Assembly (NCBI GenBank): GCA_026770705.1 | Contig: JANJGN010000052.1 | Location: 3,162,001-3,226,000 of the forward strand | DNA from: Isurus oxyrinchus | Taxonomy: Eukaryota | Direction: 5' to 3' | Length of the DNA: 64,000 bases | Part shown: positions 61,473-64,000 of the stretch, piece by piece | How positions within the stretch are numbered: the first letter of the stretch is position 1 | How the letters are laid out: the number at the start of each line of letters is the position of its first letter | Made by a program: the position numbers and the translations under genes | Notes under the pieces: model-generated | What the model was told of the DNA's origin: nothing | The model's database searches: none | The model's input: the letters and a program-made list of their open reading frames with translations, nothing else

Positions 61473-61860
61473 AAAGATGTTCTGTACAACAGACTTGAGC
61501 CTCACACCCAGATCTCAATCATCAGTAGAAATCTTTCAAAGGCATCAATCATTGTAATCTGTTTTTATAAAGTCACAACATCAACAAAGGACGGTGTTGG
61601 TGGTGGAAGTGAATTCCAATCGTTCCGTTACTTACCCAGGACCTGTCCGACTGCTCGCCTGGGGAGGAACTGCCCACACGCTCTGCTTGGGCTGAATGAC
61701 CTCTTCCTGTGCTGCTCCCTCTGTGTATTTAATTAGAAAGGGTGCATGTGTCTCTGTGAGTCAAATCAGGAATTGGGGAACAATTGTGAAAACCCTTTCA
61801 TTGAAACGTAGGGACTTAGTGTTGTGTTGTAAGCAAACTGTTAACCCTTTGTGTCCTGAC
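61473..61860 (-). promoter_or_regulatory. Fifth, orphan promoter and exon-1 copy inside gene D
   Basis: Near-identical to 4740-5030; donor at 61630-61635 intact; ETS site altered (aaatcaggaatt); no signal exon. Confidence 0.55.
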
Positions 61861-62474
61861 TCTGTGACGTAATTCCTGTGTAAAGCTGAGCAGTCGTTGA
61901 GCGAGTTTCAATTCACTGCTCAATCCAGGTGTTGAGGTGGATCTTCTGAAGGAGCAGATGTTGCTCAGCGCTCCTTAAAAATGTGAGAGACTGAACAACG
62001 TGTAAGAGGACGAGAGAAAGAATGAGAAGGAGAGCATTAGTGGAGATAGGAGAGAGAGTGAATGAGGGAGAGAATGAGAAGGAGAGCTAGTGGAGATTGG
62101 AGAGAGAGTGAATGAGAGAGAGAATGAGAAGGAGAGCATTAGTGGAGGTAAGAGAGAGTGAATGAAACATGGAAAAAGGAAAGAGATTGCATTCACTAAC
62201 AAAAGAAAGGTTTTCATTTATATAGCACCTTTCACATCCTCAGTAGGTCACAAAGTATCTTATGGTCCAGGTCAACACTGCCAATTACAGGTCTGAGTTG
62301 TGAAACAGTGAATGTTGGATGAGATGTTAAACAGTAGGTGAACATCAAAACTCTTCAGGGGCTGTGAAGGGTTTTGGATTGTAAAAGGTGTTATAGAAAT
62401 GCAAGTTCTTTCTATAAGGAGAGAAGTTTGAAGAAAACATTTTCAAAAACAACCAATTAAACCTTCACACTTAC

Positions 62475-62570
62475 TTTCTCACACACTTGAAGATGAAGAA
62501 TCCACTCAGTCCAACACTCAAACAGATTCCAGCTCCAAGCAATCCTGCTTTCCATTATTGGAATCTCGCC
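62475..62570 (-). pseudogene. Gene D TM exon with 1-nt deletion
   Basis: 96 nt versus 97 nt in gene B; restoring one A gives GRDSNKWKAGLLGAGICLSVGLSGFFIFKCVRK; as written it reaches TGA before a TM is made. Confidence 0.75.
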
Positions 62571-62759
62571 CTGTAAAATCAGCCAATGAATGACTCCGGT
62601 ACAGTTTGAGAATGGTTCCCTGTGTACATGTAGTAATTCTGAACTTGTGAAGTGATATTGTCTATGCATGAAAGGTCTATACAAATAACATTTATCTATG
62701 TAATATTTATTGATAATATCCATGTACATGCAGGTTTCTATAAGGAGGATTCACATATA

Positions 62760-63800
62760 ACAGAGGTGCCAAGCTGCTGAGGTGACACACAGGACTTCAT
62801 ACACACCAAACAGCGGAAACAACATGCTATAGACAGAGCAAAGCGATCCCACAACCAACGGGTAAGATCTAAGCTCTGCAGTCCTGCCACATCCAGTCAT
62901 GAATGGTGATGGACAATTAAAGATCTAACAGGAGGAGGATGTTCCACAAATATCCCCATCCTTAATGATGGGGGAGCTCAGCACATCAGTGCAAACGACA
63001 AGGCTGAAGCATTGGCAACCATGTTCAGCCAGAAGTGCTGAGTGGATGATCCATCTCGGCCTCCTCCAGAGGGTCCTAGCATCACAGATGTCAGCTTTCA
63101 GACAATTCGATTGACTCCACGTGACATCAGGAATCAGCTGATGATACTGGATACAGCAAAGGCTATTGGCCCTGGCAACAACCCAGCAACAGGAAATAAT
63201 GTGGCTACAAATGCGAGTATGAGTCTGGGAACTCTGTGGTGAGTAATTCAACTCCTGACTCCCCAGAGCCTGCCCACCATCGACCAGGTACAAGTCAGGA
63301 GTGTGATGGAATAATCTCCACTTGGCTGGATAAGTGCAGCTCCAACAACACTCAAGAAGCTCGACACCATCCTGGAGCAGCTTGTTTGATCGACAGCCCA
63401 TCCACCAGCATAAACATTCATACCTACATCTCTGGCACACAATGGCAGCAGTGTGTGAACCATCTACAAGATGCGCTGCAGCAACTCACCAAGGCTCCTT
63501 CGACAGCACCTTCCAAACTCTTAACCTCTTCCGCTGAGACAGTTCCAAGTCAGTATGGTGTGTGATTTGGAAGCGAACTTGAGGTGGTGGTCTGCCCTGG
63601 ACTTGGAACTATATCGGCCGTTCCTTCACCATCACTGGGACAAAATCCTGGAACTCCCTCCCTAACAGCACTGTGGGTGTGCCTACACCACATGGACTGC
63701 TTTGGTTAAAGAAGGCAGCTCACCACCACCTTCTCAAGGGGCAGTTACAGATGGGCAATAATTTCTGGTCTTGTCAACAATGCCCACATCCCATGAGCTA
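62760..63800 (+). mobile_element. Non-LTR retroelement fragments
   Basis: IRLTPRDI..LDTAKAIGPGN; 3' part homologous to 10580-11000. Confidence 0.65.
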
Positions 63801-63827
63801 ATAACAAGAGAACGTTCAATTCTGTGT

Positions 63828-64000
63828 AATCCCTCCACTGCTCCATGTTCATTCTCTGCCACACACTGATAGTCTCCAGTGTCCCTGGATGTAACCTGAG
63901 GAATCACCAACCACAGCTCATTGTTGGAACTTGTTCTGTTCATTGGGACATTAAGATGTCGCCACGTCAGGTTAGAAGCTGGGAAGCTCTCGACAGAGCA
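63828..64000 (-). pseudogene. Gene D C2 exon (5' end beyond window), 3' end and donor lost
   Basis: SVESFPASNLTW..DTGDYQCVAENEHGAVEG then diverges; the FITITVE|gtgagt of paralogs is missing. Confidence 0.75.

Overview
Vertebrate genomic DNA, probably from a cartilaginous fish (inferred from the CR1/L2/Penelope/Gypsy repeat content). It holds a tandem cluster of Siglec/CD22/MAG-like Ig-superfamily receptor genes, all on the minus strand. Four loci can be rebuilt from GT-AG splice sites and exon phases. Gene A: signal exon 4430-4469 plus one V-set exon 683-1048, running off the left edge. Gene B (8879-34851, about 1004 aa): signal peptide, three tandem V-set domains, five C2-type domains, an uncharged TM and a long tail with a degenerate ITIM (LLYANP) and an ITSM (TEYAQI). 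Gene C (38400-54712 or 56903, about 497 aa): two V-set and two C2 domains, a different TM with a central Gln where activating Siglecs have Lys, and a 12-aa tail with no Tyr; its promoter and signal exon are duplicated. Gene D (59694 to beyond 64000): damaged C2 and TM exons and two duplicated cytoplasmic YxN exons ending in an ITAM-spaced Tyr pair. Main observations: (1) multi-V-set Siglecs whose outermost V domain has lost the essential Arg while inner ones keep it; (2) an extra B-C-loop Cys found only in inner V domains, which could recreate the Siglec inter-domain disulfide; (3) paired-receptor-like organisation with three tail types; (4) mosaic variation concentrated in the ligand-binding loops. 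Introns contain decayed retroelements, minisatellites and hammerhead-like Penelope ends. All gene models were built by hand and have no transcript support.
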